Origin: Ptychomitrium polyphyllum
Lineage: Eukaryota
Assembly: GCA_973851085.1 (NCBI GenBank)
Contig: OZ316776.1
Location: 8,556,001-8,620,000, forward strand
DNA length: 64,000 bases
Reading direction: 5' to 3'
Shown piece after piece: positions 63,795-64,000 of this stretch (positions are counted from its first letter, which is position 1; each line of letters opens with the position of its first letter). Below the pieces are notes generated by a model. It saw only the letters and a list, made by a program, of their open reading frames with translations. It was not told the origin of the DNA and ran no database searches. Made by a program: the position numbers and the translations under genes.

Positions 63795-64000
63795 GTTGGT
63801 TACAGCTTGGCAGTCAAAACTTCTTTCTTTTCGAATTTTCTGGCTTTGCATGATTTAAAAGTTAGGACTTTGCACTTCCTATGAGAAAAATCAATAATAT
63901 AAAAATCACGTTGCTGTATGCTTGGAGCTGGTGATGAGTGTTGTTGGTTCTTTACAGCTCTCTAACGTATTTTCAACCTGGATGTCCTCAGCATTTCTTT

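Noticed and set aside
1..64000. tRNA, rRNA, snRNA genes and autonomous transposons
   Set aside because: None recognised by eye; Infernal, tRNAscan-SE or RepeatMasker would be needed to exclude degenerate copies.

Overview
Eukaryotic, intron-rich land-plant genomic DNA. It is most likely a moss or other bryophyte, inferred from a spliced bacterial-type PPK1 and an Ohr homologue among plant-type GSH1, ABCB and GLYI genes. Genes recognised by manually splicing exons: polyphosphate kinase 1 (-, about 21 exons, 2200-8698) head-to-head with plastid glutamate-cysteine ligase GSH1 (+, 15 exons, 11050-15740); a full-length ABCB/P-glycoprotein (+, about 13 exons, 38904-45518); a broken Ohr (organic hydroperoxide resistance) gene (-, 46281-46951); Zn-type glyoxalase I (+, 8 exons, 50132-52385); a small ankyrin-repeat protein (+, 53207-55495); and the 5' end of an unidentified gene (+, from about 63099). 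Between GSH1 and ABCB is about 20 kb of gene-poor DNA, with AT-rich blocks alternating with more GC-rich islands, minisatellites and decayed coding-like relics. It ends in an inverted repeat with 180-nt arms just upstream of ABCB. Highlights: a possible polyP/glutathione/peroxide/efflux stress neighbourhood, a GTAC (SBP-box/copper-response-like) array between PPK1 and GSH1, the hidden Ohr relic, the long hairpin, and two inverted 11-mer arrays that reconstruct to one CpG-containing ancestor. Family assignments come from recognised motifs, not database searches. Exon boundaries are manual GT/GC-AG calls.
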